Shown here: in pieces, positions 20,285 to 30,036 of the stretch
How positions within the stretch are numbered: the first letter of the stretch is position 1
Layout of the letters: each line of letters opens with the position of its first letter
NCBI GenBank assembly: GCA_000438415.1
Contig: FR902240.1
Location: 1-50,306, forward strand
Source: Clostridium sp. CAG:628
GTDB lineage: Bacteria; Bacillota_I; Bacilli_A; RF39; UBA660
DNA: 50,306 bases
Direction: 5' to 3'
Position numbers and translations under genes: made by a program
Notes under the pieces: model-generated
Database searches by the model: none
Seen by the model: the letters and a program-made list of their open reading frames with translations, nothing else
What the model was told of the DNA's origin: nothing

Positions 20285-21340
20285 ATGCAAAATCCATTAG
20301 AAATGTTACAAATAGCAAAAATTAAAGTAATAGGTGTAGGCGGAGGCGGCTGTAATGCCGTTAATAGAATGATAGAAAGTGGCTTAAAGGGAGTAGAGTT
20401 TATTGTTGCTAATACAGATTTACAAGTATTAAATACAAGTTTAGCAGAAACTAAACTTCAAATAGGTGCATCTATCACTGATGGCTTAGGTGCTGGTGCT
20501 GATCCTGAAGTAGGTAGAGAAGCTGCACTTGAAAGTAGAAACGAAATAGAAGATGCTTTAAGAGGAGCAGACATGGTTTTCGTTACTTGTGGTTTAGGTG
20601 GAGGAACAGGTACAGGTGCTGCACCAGTTATCGCTGAAATTGCTCAAGGACTTGGTGCTCTTACAGTAGCAATAGTTACAAAGCCATTTAAGTTTGAAGG
20701 AAAGAAAAGAATGGATCATGCACTTCTTGGACTAGATGAATTAAAAAAGCATGTTGATACATTTGTAGTAATACCAAATGATAGATTAAGAGATATAATT
20801 GATAAATCAACTCCAATGATGGATGCATTTAAAGAAGTAGATAACGTTCTTAGACTTGGTGTTCAGTCAATTAGTGATTTAATTAGTGTGCCAGGACTTG
20901 TTAACCTAGACTTTGCTGATGTTAAAGCAATTATGGAAAATAGAGGACAAGCACTTATTGGTATAGGCGTAGGATTTGGTGAGAATCGTGCAATAGAAGC
21001 GGCTAAACAAGCAGTAAGTAGTCCACTTCTTGAAACAACTATCAACGGAGCAACTGATTGTATTATAAATATTACTGGAGGAAATAGTTTAACATTATTT
21101 GAAGCAGAAGATGCAGCAGAAGTAATTCGTGCAGCAGCTAATACTGATATTAACATAATATTTGGTGCAGTAGTAAATGAAGCACTTAGTGATGAAGCTA
21201 TAGTTACAGTAATTGCAACAGGCTTTGAAGATGAAAGTGAACCTCTTTATCAACCATATGGTGCAAATAAAGAAAAAATAGAAGTTCTTAACAGTGATGA
21301 CGATGACCTTCCACCATTCTTAAGAAACAGAGATTTATAG
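20285..21340 (+). CDS. ftsZ: Cell division protein FtsZ
   Basis: [13 protein letters not shown], the tubulin signature [13 protein letters not shown], and the C-terminal peptide [10 protein letters not shown]. Confidence 0.98.
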   Translation: MQNPLEMLQIAKIKVIGVGGGGCNAVNRMIESGLKGVEFIVANTDLQVLNTSLAETKLQIGASITDGLGAGADPEVGREAALESRNEIEDALRGADMVFVTCGLGGGTGTGAAPVIAEIAQGLGALTVAIVTKPFKFEGKKRMDHALLGLDELKKHVDTFVVIPNDRLRDIIDKSTPMMDAFKEVDNVLRLGVQSISDLISVPGLVNLDFADVKAIMENRGQALIGIGVGFGENRAIEAAKQAVSSPLLETTINGATDCIINITGGNSLTLFEAEDAAEVIRAAANTDINIIFGAVVNEALSDEAIVTVIATGFEDESEPLYQPYGANKEKIEVLNSDDDDLPPFLRNRDL

Positions 21341-21366
21341 GCTAGTCAAAAAAACTAGTCTTTTTT
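21340..21366 (+). terminator. Rho-independent terminator after ftsZ
   Basis: GGCTAGT (21340-46) / ACTAGTC (21354-60), then TTTTTT. Confidence 0.7.
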
Positions 21367-21494
21367 AAGAAAATTTTAAGTGAAATAAAAATGTACACAC
21401 CATAATTATTGCCTAATATGATACTAATTAATAATGAAAGTATTTATTACATAGATGACTTAGAAGAAATAATAAAAGAAAGGAGGTAAGACTT

Positions 21495-21989
21495 ATGAAA
21501 AAAATAATACCATACTTATTATCAATTATCTTATTAGTTATACTTATAACTATAATTATATTAAATAAAAAAGAAGTATACAATTTAAAGAACAAAGTGA
21601 ATAGTTATAAAAACAAAGTTGAAGCTTTAACTAATACTAATAAAGATGATAACGAAAATATCCTAGATGAAATAATTTATAAAGAATGCACATATACTAG
21701 AACTTATGAGTTTAAAGATTATTATAATTACAAAACAACTGATAAAAATAACTATTACATAGTCTTAGACACATACTTATCTAAAACAGGACCAATTATC
21801 GAAAAAATAAGTACAGATATATTTCCTAAAAACTTTAAAAAAGATAATAGTTATGAAATAACATATCACACAGAAATAAGGTATGATACTAATAAAAAAA
21901 TAATTAGTGCAAATAAAGAAATAATAAGTATTAAAAAGACTGATAAGACTGGAATGGACCAAGAACAAGGCGCTTGTGTACTAAAATAA
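21495..21989 (+). CDS. Hypothetical membrane-anchored protein
   Basis: 164 aa with an AAGGAGGT SD. It has one N-terminal hydrophobic helix (IIPYLLSIILLVILITIIIL). No recognisable family. Confidence 0.6.
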   Translation: MKKIIPYLLSIILLVILITIIILNKKEVYNLKNKVNSYKNKVEALTNTNKDDNENILDEIIYKECTYTRTYEFKDYYNYKTTDKNNYYIVLDTYLSKTGPIIEKISTDIFPKNFKKDNSYEITYHTEIRYDTNKKIISANKEIISIKKTDKTGMDQEQGACVLK

Positions 21990-22007
21990 GAATTCTTATT
22001 TTTTTTC

Positions 22008-22034
22008 TTGACTTTTATATTGCAGAGTTATAAT
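22008..22034 (+). promoter_or_regulatory. Sigma-A-type promoter for the 22146-23932 cluster
   Basis: TTGACT (22008-13), then TATAAT (22029-34) with a short 15-nt spacer. Alternatively TAATAT with a 17-nt spacer. Confidence 0.45.
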
Positions 22035-22145
22035 ATAACTAACTAAGAGAAGATATTTTGTTCTCTTGTAAAGCGGTGAAGAACAGTTTTTATATTTTTA
22101 TTTGTCATTAGCTATTAAATTAATTTTAGTGAGGAGAGTGAAAAA

Positions 22146-22484
22146 ATGGCAAGAAAGACTTTAGAAGATTTTGATGGAGATTACCAAGCATATGCTGATT
22201 ATTTAGAGTCACCAGAATGTACAAATGACGATGGAATTGATATTGTTGCAGATGAAAAGGGAAATATTTTCACACCAACAGATGGTGACTGGACAAAAGG
22301 TCATGGCCATAATAATGTTCATGACCCTAGACCAGCTAGAGATTCCGAATCTTCAGAATCACGTGGAAGAAAATGGTTTAATAGGTGGTTAAAGTATTCA
22401 AATAAAATCGTTATATCTCAGGAAGAAATAGAATTACTTAATTCGATGTTCGAAGATAAAAATGTACTAAGACTAAATAAGTAA
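22146..22484 (+). CDS. Hypothetical acidic/His-rich protein
   Basis: 112 aa with a GAGGAGAG SD. Its composition is visibly richer in G+C than its neighbours. No motif recognised. Confidence 0.6.
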   Translation: MARKTLEDFDGDYQAYADYLESPECTNDDGIDIVADEKGNIFTPTDGDWTKGHGHNNVHDPRPARDSESSESRGRKWFNRWLKYSNKIVISQEEIELLNSMFEDKNVLRLNK

Positions 22485-22501
22485 TATAAAATCATATATT
22501 T

Positions 22502-23281
22502 ATGGAAAATGTTTTTAAAATAATTTATGATAAAACTAAAGCAAAAAAAATTATTGGTATTAATGATATTGAAAATATTTTGGCATTAGTTATTAATGAA
22601 AAATGTTTAAATTATTACATTAAAAATATAAATGTTCAACCTAAAAGAAACAATTATCTTGCTTCTTATTCTGTTAAATATAATAATATTACAATATATT
22701 CAAATACTATTGAAAAGATGAAAAATGACTTGATTAATCAATTGATAAATATTGGTGATTTTGACAAACTTTTATATATTAATCTTTTGCTTCTCCAAAT
22801 TGTTTTACATGAAATAGAACATGCTAATCAACAGAAAGAATTGAAATTTATTACAACTTTAGAATCGTTTATAATTAAATTATCATATTTAGTTACTTAT
22901 GATATAAAAATGAATGAAAAATTGTATGAATGTTCACCGGAAGAAAGATTTGCTGAAATCAGATCAATGTCCGAAGTTGCTTTTATGATTAATTATATCG
23001 AAAGAAAATCTTTAACTTTGGAACGAGTATTTGAACTGGAAAAATTAAAAAGGTATTTACGTGGTTATCATTTTCAAGAAACAATGTTAAAATCTCCTAT
23101 CATAGAATATTTTTCTATAGGACGAAAAGAAGAATATCTAGATTTATTTAACATGGATTTAAATAATAATGAGAGGTTATATTATGGCTTTCCTATAACC
23201 ATAACTGAATATTGTAATAGTATGAAAAAAATTATACAATATTCAAACAAGTATTATTCAAATAATATTATTATAAAATAA
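22502..23281 (+). CDS. Hypothetical protein with an HExxH metallopeptidase-like motif
   Basis: 259 aa. LHEIEHANQ is followed about 36 aa later by SPEERFAE. This spacing is reminiscent of M78/ImmA-IrrE-type domains, but the assignment is not secure. Confidence 0.55.
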   Translation: MENVFKIIYDKTKAKKIIGINDIENILALVINEKCLNYYIKNINVQPKRNNYLASYSVKYNNITIYSNTIEKMKNDLINQLINIGDFDKLLYINLLLLQIVLHEIEHANQQKELKFITTLESFIIKLSYLVTYDIKMNEKLYECSPEERFAEIRSMSEVAFMINYIERKSLTLERVFELEKLKRYLRGYHFQETMLKSPIIEYFSIGRKEEYLDLFNMDLNNNERLYYGFPITITEYCNSMKKIIQYSNKYYSNNIIIK

Positions 23282-23320
23282 AATGTGATATAATGTAAAA
23301 AGAATATATAGGAGGAATAT

Positions 23321-23932
23321 ATGGAAATAAAAGGATTAAATAAATTCAAAACTAATGTTATTTATAAAAGTGGTTTTAGGGTAGTGTATTACTATGAAGT
23401 GTATCATGAAGCATTAAAGGGAGTACATGTAGAAAACTTGAGTGATTTTGTAGAATTCTTTAAAGAAAAAGATGAAGATATTAAATATATTGGAGTAGAT
23501 GATTTATTAAAAAGGTTTTTAGAAAAAAATAGCAGTGCTTTAGGAGTTGCTATTTATGATGTTGATCAAAATTGTATTGGAAAATTAATTAAAGATGGAG
23601 TTAAAAAAATTAACAATAGTACAGTTTATAAAGAGGAATTAATTTATGATTATAACTATACTACTGTTAATGATGGGTTTAGAATTGTTTATTTATACAA
23701 TGATGGTTCTTACAAACTTGGGGTTGGTGCCAAAAACATAGAAGATTTTATGGAAGAGTTTGCACCTTATGAACCAATTGATGATCCATCGATAATACCA
23801 CCATTCAAATCTGTAGAAGACTTATTAAATAGATATTTAATAGACTGCAAGGGTATAGATGGAGTAGCCATATATAAAGTTGATGGTACCTTAGTTGAAC
23901 AAAAGTACAGAATAAAATCCAGCATAAAATAA
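23321..23932 (+). CDS. Hypothetical protein made of two tandem copies of a ~90-aa domain
   Basis: 203 aa with an AGGAGGA SD. GFRVVYYY...VDDLLKRFL...GVAIYDVD is repeated as GFRIVYLY...VEDLLNRYL...GVAIYKVD. Confidence 0.65.
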   Translation: MEIKGLNKFKTNVIYKSGFRVVYYYEVYHEALKGVHVENLSDFVEFFKEKDEDIKYIGVDDLLKRFLEKNSSALGVAIYDVDQNCIGKLIKDGVKKINNSTVYKEELIYDYNYTTVNDGFRIVYLYNDGSYKLGVGAKNIEDFMEEFAPYEPIDDPSIIPPFKSVEDLLNRYLIDCKGIDGVAIYKVDGTLVEQKYRIKSSIK

Positions 23933-23962
23933 ACACAGTTCATTGACAAAACTGTGTTTTTT
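23932..23962 (+). terminator. Rho-independent terminator
   Basis: AACACAGTT (23932-40) / AACTGTGTT (23950-58), then a T-run. Confidence 0.8.
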
Positions 23963-23977
23963 GATGCATTTATATAT

Positions 23978-24000
23978 AAAAAAACCTCCATTTCTGGAAG
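23978..24000 (-). terminator. Rho-independent terminator of rpsD
   Basis: Minus-strand RNA: CUUCCA-GAAA-UGGAGG followed by U7. The G:U pair only forms in this orientation. Confidence 0.75.
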
Positions 24001-24007
24001 TCTTTTA

Positions 24008-24607
24008 CTATCTGTTGTAGTATTCAACGATTAATGACTCATTAATATCAGAATTTAATTCTTCTCTTTCAGGATATCTTACATAAGTACCTTCTTTTTT
24101 CTTAGAATCAAAAGTTACATAACTAACATTACTTAATTTGCTTTCAAGACATTCATTAATAACTGGATGATTCATTGAACTTTCTCTAACACTAATAATG
24201 TCACCTGGTTTAACTTGATATGAAGGAATATCTACACGTTTACCATTAACTAAAATGTGTCCATGATTAACGATTTGTCTACTAGCTCTTCTTGTTTTAG
24301 CTAGTCCCATACGATAAACTATATTATCAAGTCTGCTTTCTAGCATAATTAATAGGTTAGTACCATGCATACCTTTTTTCTTACCAGCAGCTTCAAAAGT
24401 TTTCTTGAATTGTTTTTCAGTAAGACCATACATAATTCTTACTTTTTGCTTTTCAGCAAGTTGAATTCCATATTCACTTAATTTCTTTCTACTAGTTCCA
24501 TGAATACCAGGAGCAGAAGTTCTCTTTCTAAGTTCTTTACCACTCTCTAAAGTACTAAAACCTAATCTTCTACTTTTCTTAAAAGCAGGTCCAGTGTATC
24601 TAGACAT
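24008..24607 (-). CDS. rpsD: 30S ribosomal protein S4
   Basis: [16 protein letters not shown]... The start at 24607 lies 7 nt after GGAGGCG. 199 aa. The track start at 24679 is an upstream in-frame extension into the leader. Confidence 0.96.
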   Translation of the reverse strand: MSRYTGPAFKKSRRLGFSTLESGKELRKRTSAPGIHGTSRKKLSEYGIQLAEKQKVRIMYGLTEKQFKKTFEAAGKKKGMHGTNLLIMLESRLDNIVYRMGLAKTRRASRQIVNHGHILVNGKRVDIPSYQVKPGDIISVRESSMNHPVINECLESKLSNVSYVTFDSKKKEGTYVRYPEREELNSDINESLIVEYYNR

Positions 24608-24765
24608 ATTTTTCGCCTCCTTTACAATATTTGAAAGAAGCATTTTCTTTACTCTCATAAGTAGGGTGTTTACTCTCACTTTCGCTAATGGCTTTAGTTA
24701 CTAGTTAAAATAATCAGTAAACGCGTTACTTAATAAATAAAGTAGCCATTTCTTCCATGAAATAA

Positions 24766-24794
24766 ATTATACTAAAAATATTACCATTTTTCAA
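24766..24794 (-). promoter_or_regulatory. Sigma-A consensus promoter for rpsD, with a ~150-nt leader (24608-24759)
   Basis: On the minus strand: TTGAAA, a 17-nt spacer, then TATAAT. The long leader contains AATGGCT...AGCCATT long-range pairing, consistent with S4 autoregulatory leaders. Confidence 0.7.
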
Positions 24795-24854
24795 GATATT
24801 TCTTTATTTTTTTACTTTTTCGTGCTAATATATAGTGTACGAGAGGTTAAAAAG

Positions 24855-25316
24855 ATGAAAAATAAAGAATTTTACTTAATAGATGCAAAAAATGTTACAA
24901 AAGGAATAGATTTCATTAAAGAAGATAACATTATAAAATTTACATCAAGAAAATGTTTATGTGATACATTTAATAGTTATGGACTTCCAGGTGATGCCCA
25001 AGTAATTATAATTGAAAAATATCCTTATAAACTTGGGTTAATGAATGCAAATGCTAAAGAGTTTATAACTGATTATCACTTTCATGTAACAAATGAAAAT
25101 AATATTGTATGTGGTTATGGTACTAATGACTTTGAAATGATTAAATTTAAATCAAACATTGCTAAAAAATGTACATATGAAGAAGTATTAGATTTTTTAA
25201 AAAAACTAAAAAGGAAAAATATTTTAGAAAACTATGTATATGCAGTTGAAGAAGCATTTAGAAAAGACTATATAATAGATGAAAAACTTGAAAATATAAA
25301 GTTACTAATAAAATAG
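24855..25316 (+). CDS. Hypothetical protein
   Basis: 153 aa from MKNKEFYL, with GAGAGG 8 nt upstream. No recognisable family. Confidence 0.55.
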   Translation: MKNKEFYLIDAKNVTKGIDFIKEDNIIKFTSRKCLCDTFNSYGLPGDAQVIIIEKYPYKLGLMNANAKEFITDYHFHVTNENNIVCGYGTNDFEMIKFKSNIAKKCTYEEVLDFLKKLKRKNILENYVYAVEEAFRKDYIIDEKLENIKLLIK

Positions 25317-25396
25317 AAGTAACTTTTTTTCATTTTATACTTTTAGAATTGCCTTTATTGTGTTAAAATAGATTATAGAGAGTAGGTGTTACAAAT

Positions 25397-27115
25397 ATGT
25401 CAAAAAGCATGGCTATATTAATAGGAGCGTCAATATATATAGTAGGAATTATATTAATAATACTAACAGTATACTTAATAGAAAAACAAAATAAAAAGAA
25501 ATTAGATAAAGAACTAGCAAGACTAGAAACTCTAAAAAATCTTATAATATCTTCTGGAATACTAACAGAAATGGAAAAAGTAAAATCATTAATAAATAAT
25601 GAAAAATTATTATCCACGTATGAAAAGTGGGAAAAAAGATATAAACAAATTGAAAAAGAAAGTATTCCTAGACTTACAGATAGTCTTTTAACATGCGAAG
25701 AATTAATAGATAATAAAAAATATAAAGAAGCCAGTTATGAACTTGCTAAAACTGAAATAGATATATATTATGTTAAAACAGATATGGAACTACTTTTAGA
25801 AGAAGTAAAAGAAATAACTTATAGTGAAGAAAGAAATAGAAATGCTGTAACTAAATTAAAAAGCATATATAGAGAAGTAGTAACAAAATATACTAATAAC
25901 CAAAATGACTATAAAGGCATGGAAGAAAGAATTAATTTGCAATTTGATAACATAAATAAACTCTTGAGTGCTTTTGAAGTAGTAATGGAACAAAATGATT
26001 ATGAAGAAGTAGGTAAAATTGTACATGCTTTAGATGATTTAATAAATAATATAAAAATAGTAATAGATGAAACTCCTACAGTTATTTTACTAGGTAAAAT
26101 GGTTATTCCTAAAAAGATTAATGACATAAAAAATTATGCAAGTAAAATGAAAAAAGATGGTTATAACATTGAATACATAAATCTAGACTATAACATAGAA
26201 GAAGCTGAAAAGAAAATAAGTGATATATTTGATAGATTAAAAATGCTTAATTTAACTGACAGTATATTTGATCTTAAAACAATACTTGATTATTTTGAGT
26301 CACTTTATACTGATTTTGAAAAAGAAAAGCAGGCTAAAGGAGAATATGAGTACTACATAAATAATTTAGGTAACAAATTAAGTAGATTAACTTCGGTAAT
26401 TAAAAGTATTTATGAAGAAGTTAGTGTATTAAAAGAAACTTATGCATTAACTGATGATGAAATAAAGTCACTTGATCTAATTAGTAAAGAACTAACTGAA
26501 GAAAAAGATTCATTTAAAAGTATTAACGATAGAACATTAACAAGGACAACTCCGTATTCTCGTTTAAGTAAAGACTGTGAACTAATTAGTGTAAGAATAT
26601 CTAAAACAGAAGACAAACTAGAAAGTATAATGAAAAGTCTTGGAAGTTTAAAAGAAGATGAACTTCGTGCAAGAGACCAATTAACTGAAATAAGAACTAT
26701 TTTGAAAGATGCTAAAAATAAAATTAAAAGTTATAAGTTACCAGTAATTCCTAAAAACTATTTTATTGAATTGAAAGAAGCAAAAGAAGGAGTATCTTTA
26801 GTAATAGAAGAATTGGAGAAGAAACCAATTGTAATAAATGACTTAAATACAAGGGTAGATACAGGTAGAGATTTAGTGTTAAAGTTATACACTCTAACAA
26901 ATGAATTAACTAAAACTGCAGGAATGGCTGAAATGGCTATAGTTTATGGAAATAGATATAGAAGTACATATAAAGAAATAGAGTTTAGTTTAATAAAAGC
27001 AGAAAAAGAATTTAGAAGTGGGGATTATAAAAAAAGTTTAGAAACAAGTTTAAATGCACTTAATATGGTAGAACCAGGAATACATAAAAGACTCATGAGT
27101 GCATATGAAAGTTAA
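25397..27115 (+). CDS. ezrA: Septation ring formation regulator EzrA
   Basis: 572 aa. It has a single N-terminal TM helix followed by a long coiled-coil architecture, and lies close to rpsD as in B. subtilis. Confidence 0.85.
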   Translation: MSKSMAILIGASIYIVGIILIILTVYLIEKQNKKKLDKELARLETLKNLIISSGILTEMEKVKSLINNEKLLSTYEKWEKRYKQIEKESIPRLTDSLLTCEELIDNKKYKEASYELAKTEIDIYYVKTDMELLLEEVKEITYSEERNRNAVTKLKSIYREVVTKYTNNQNDYKGMEERINLQFDNINKLLSAFEVVMEQNDYEEVGKIVHALDDLINNIKIVIDETPTVILLGKMVIPKKINDIKNYASKMKKDGYNIEYINLDYNIEEAEKKISDIFDRLKMLNLTDSIFDLKTILDYFESLYTDFEKEKQAKGEYEYYINNLGNKLSRLTSVIKSIYEEVSVLKETYALTDDEIKSLDLISKELTEEKDSFKSINDRTLTRTTPYSRLSKDCELISVRISKTEDKLESIMKSLGSLKEDELRARDQLTEIRTILKDAKNKIKSYKLPVIPKNYFIELKEAKEGVSLVIEELEKKPIVINDLNTRVDTGRDLVLKLYTLTNELTKTAGMAEMAIVYGNRYRSTYKEIEFSLIKAEKEFRSGDYKKSLETSLNALNMVEPGIHKRLMSAYES

Positions 27116-27129
27116 GAAAGAAGGAAGTT

Positions 27130-29331
27130 ATGGCAAAGAAAAAAGTTTCAAATGAAGTTAAAACTGAATTTCCTTATGTAAAAGAACTAGAGGGTTTAGG
27201 TTTAATATTAATAGGAATATTAGGTATAGGTAGATTTGGACCAATAGGAAGAATTATAAGAAGTTTTGCAGTATTCTTATTTGGTACATGGTATTTACTT
27301 TTTCTAGTTATGTGTTTATTAATTGGACTTATTATATTAATTAAAAGAAAAAAGCCTACATATGTTACTAGTAGACTTATTGGTGTATATATAATTATTG
27401 TAACCATTCTCATAATCGCACATCTAGATTATATAAATGATAATGACTTAAAAGGAGTACAAATAATTGAACAAACTATAAATAATGTAGTACATACCTT
27501 TGATAACTTTAGTATGGTTAAGTATACAGGTGGCGGCATAATAGGTGCACTTCTAAGTGCTGCTTTTGTAAGTATGTTTGATATAACAGGAACACTTATT
27601 GTATGTGGAGTATTCTTTGTATTTGGAATAATTATGTTATTTGATATTACCTTAAGTGATGTATTTAAATTCATAATAAAACCATTTAAGAAGAAACCTA
27701 AATCTATTGAAGAAATGGCAAAAATTGGAGAAACAGAACTAGATGATAAAGAGGCTGAAGAAGATAATAAAGTAGTAATTACTAATATAAATGAACTTCC
27801 AATACAAAAGCCTCCAATGACACATTTAGAAGAAGTAACTTATGAAGAAAAAGAAATAAAAAATAATGAGCCTTATGTTTTACCACCACTTGACCTTTTG
27901 GTTGGTAGTAAAAATAGAGGTAAAGTAGATTCAACTGAATTTATTACTAGAAATAATAAGATACTTGAACAAGTATTTAATGACTTTGGAATAATGGGCA
28001 GAGTAAAAGAAGTACACGTAGGTCCTACTGTAACACAATATGAAATTGAAATAAAAGCAGGTACTAAAGTAAACAAAATACTTAGTATAAATAGAGAAAT
28101 TGCTCTAGCACTTGCTGCAAAGGATGTAAGAATACAAGCACCAATTCCAGGAAAGAGTACTATTGGTATAGAAATACCTAACCCTAAAACTAGTGAAGTT
28201 AAAATGAAAGACATTCTAGCAGGTATACCTAAAAAGTTAGATTCATCAAAACTTTTAGCGCCTCTAGGACTAGACATAATGGGTAATATTCAATATTTTG
28301 AAATCAATAAAGCACCACACATGCTAATCGCAGGTTCCACAGGTAGTGGTAAATCAGTTTGTATAAATAACATAATAACTTCAATTCTAATGCGTGCAAA
28401 ACCTGATGAAGTAAAAATGATTTTAGTTGACCCTAAAAAAGTAGAACTTAACTGTTATGAAGGAGTTCCACATTTAATGCGTCCAGTTGTCACTGACCCT
28501 AAAAAGGCTAGTGTAGCGCTTCAAAAAGTATGTTTAATAATGGAAGAAAGATATGAAATGTTTGCAAACACTGGTACAAGAAACATTGCTAGTTATAATG
28601 AATATGTAGAAAAAAATAAATCTAGAAAACCAGAACTAGAAAAACTTCCATTTATATTAGTAATAATAGATGAGTTAGCAGACTTGATGATGGTTGCTAG
28701 TAAAGAAGTAGAAGAAAGCATAATGAGAATCACACAACTTGCTCGTGCTGCAGGTATACACCTAATTGTTGCAACACAAAGACCTAGCACAGACGTAATT
28801 ACAGGACTTATCAAATCAAATATTCCTACAAGAATAAGTTTTATGGTATCAAGTAATGTTGACTCAAGAACAATACTTGATATGGGTGGAGCAGAAAAAC
28901 TTCTTGGTAAAGGGGACATGTTATTCTTACCTCCTGGAGAACCTAGTCCAATAAGAATTCAAGGTTCATTTGTAAGTGATGAAGAAATCAACAGAGTTGT
29001 AGAATTTGTAAAGAGAAGTGGTACACCAAAATATGATGAAAAAATGACTGATTTAGATAAAAGCCCTCAAGAAGAACAAAAAGAACTTGAAAGTACTAGT
29101 AAAATGGATGAAGATGATCCATTATATAACGAAATAGTTGAGTTTGCAGTAAGAACTGGAAAAATAAGTGCAAGTCTTATTCAAAGAAAATATCGTTTAG
29201 GTTACAATCGTGCTGCTAGAATAATAGATTTACTAGAAGAAAGAGGCATAATTGGACCACAAAATGGTAGCAAACCAAGAGAAGTACTATTTAAAATGAA
29301 TAAAGAAGAAACAGGAAGTGAAGAAGAATGA
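27130..29331 (+). CDS. ftsK: DNA translocase FtsK/SpoIIIE
   Basis: N-terminal TM helices, Walker A GSTGSGKSV, Walker B LVIIDELADLMM, and the C-terminal gamma domain ASLIQRKYRLGYNRAARIIDLLE. Confidence 0.96.
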   Translation: MAKKKVSNEVKTEFPYVKELEGLGLILIGILGIGRFGPIGRIIRSFAVFLFGTWYLLFLVMCLLIGLIILIKRKKPTYVTSRLIGVYIIIVTILIIAHLDYINDNDLKGVQIIEQTINNVVHTFDNFSMVKYTGGGIIGALLSAAFVSMFDITGTLIVCGVFFVFGIIMLFDITLSDVFKFIIKPFKKKPKSIEEMAKIGETELDDKEAEEDNKVVITNINELPIQKPPMTHLEEVTYEEKEIKNNEPYVLPPLDLLVGSKNRGKVDSTEFITRNNKILEQVFNDFGIMGRVKEVHVGPTVTQYEIEIKAGTKVNKILSINREIALALAAKDVRIQAPIPGKSTIGIEIPNPKTSEVKMKDILAGIPKKLDSSKLLAPLGLDIMGNIQYFEINKAPHMLIAGSTGSGKSVCINNIITSILMRAKPDEVKMILVDPKKVELNCYEGVPHLMRPVVTDPKKASVALQKVCLIMEERYEMFANTGTRNIASYNEYVEKNKSRKPELEKLPFILVIIDELADLMMVASKEVEESIMRITQLARAAGIHLIVATQRPSTDVITGLIKSNIPTRISFMVSSNVDSRTILDMGGAEKLLGKGDMLFLPPGEPSPIRIQGSFVSDEEINRVVEFVKRSGTPKYDEKMTDLDKSPQEEQKELESTSKMDEDDPLYNEIVEFAVRTGKISASLIQRKYRLGYNRAARIIDLLEERGIIGPQNGSKPREVLFKMNKEETGSEEE

Positions 29332-30029
29332 CACCACATATAGAAAGTAAATTAACAGATATATCTCCTTTAGTAATCATGCCAGGAGATCCAAAAAGAG
29401 TAGAATATATTGCAAATAATTATTTAAATGATGCTTATTTAGTAAACTCTGTAAGAGGAGAACTTGCATACACTGGTTACTACAAAGGGAAAAGAATAAC
29501 TATATTTTCAAGTGGAATGGGCATTCCTTCGATGGGAATATATAGTTATGAATTATTTAAATATTATAATGTTGAAACAATAATAAGAATAGGAAGTGCA
29601 GGAAGCTACAAGGAAGACTTATTAGTAAAAGATATATTCCTAGTAACTTCTTCTTATTCTAATTCTCCTTATTATAAAGATTTAACTAGTAAAAATGATA
29701 CTACTTTATATACTTCAAACGATATAAATAAAGTAGTTGAAGAAACTTCTAAATCATTAAATATTAATTTAAAAGAAGGACAAGTTTATTCAACAGAAAC
29801 ATTTTATAATGACTTACTTGATATAAAAGAAATAAGTTCACTTTGTGATTGTGTAGAAATGGAATCATTTAGTTTACTTGCTAATGCTAAATATTTAAAT
29901 AAAAAAGCCTCATGTTTACTTACTATAAGTGATTCATTTATTACAAAAGAAAAATTAACAAGTGAAGAAAGAGAAAAGAATTTTAACGATATGATTACTC
30001 TTGCTTTAGAATCAATAATTAAATTATAG
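29328..30029 (+). CDS. deoD: Purine nucleoside phosphorylase, DeoD type
   Basis: MPGDPKRVEYIA, SSGMGIPSMGIY, IRIGSAGS and VEMES. ATGA overlaps the ftsK stop. Confidence 0.88.
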   Translation: MTPHIESKLTDISPLVIMPGDPKRVEYIANNYLNDAYLVNSVRGELAYTGYYKGKRITIFSSGMGIPSMGIYSYELFKYYNVETIIRIGSAGSYKEDLLVKDIFLVTSSYSNSPYYKDLTSKNDTTLYTSNDINKVVEETSKSLNINLKEGQVYSTETFYNDLLDIKEISSLCDCVEMESFSLLANAKYLNKKASCLLTISDSFITKEKLTSEEREKNFNDMITLALESIIKL

Positions 30030-30036
30030 GTGTATT

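Noticed and set aside
21985-22007. AAGAATTCTT palindrome plus a T-run as terminator of the 21495 gene
   Set aside because: The palindrome has no loop, so it can form at most a 3-bp stem around AATT. That is not a credible intrinsic terminator.
16877-28919. Antisense ORFs inside cca, ftsZ, the 21495 gene, the 23321 gene, ezrA and ftsK (16877, 20863, 21777, 23767, 25363, 27174, 27429, 27873, 28593)
   Set aside because: They are shadow frames of real genes. The 23767-24027 ORF also runs through two terminators.
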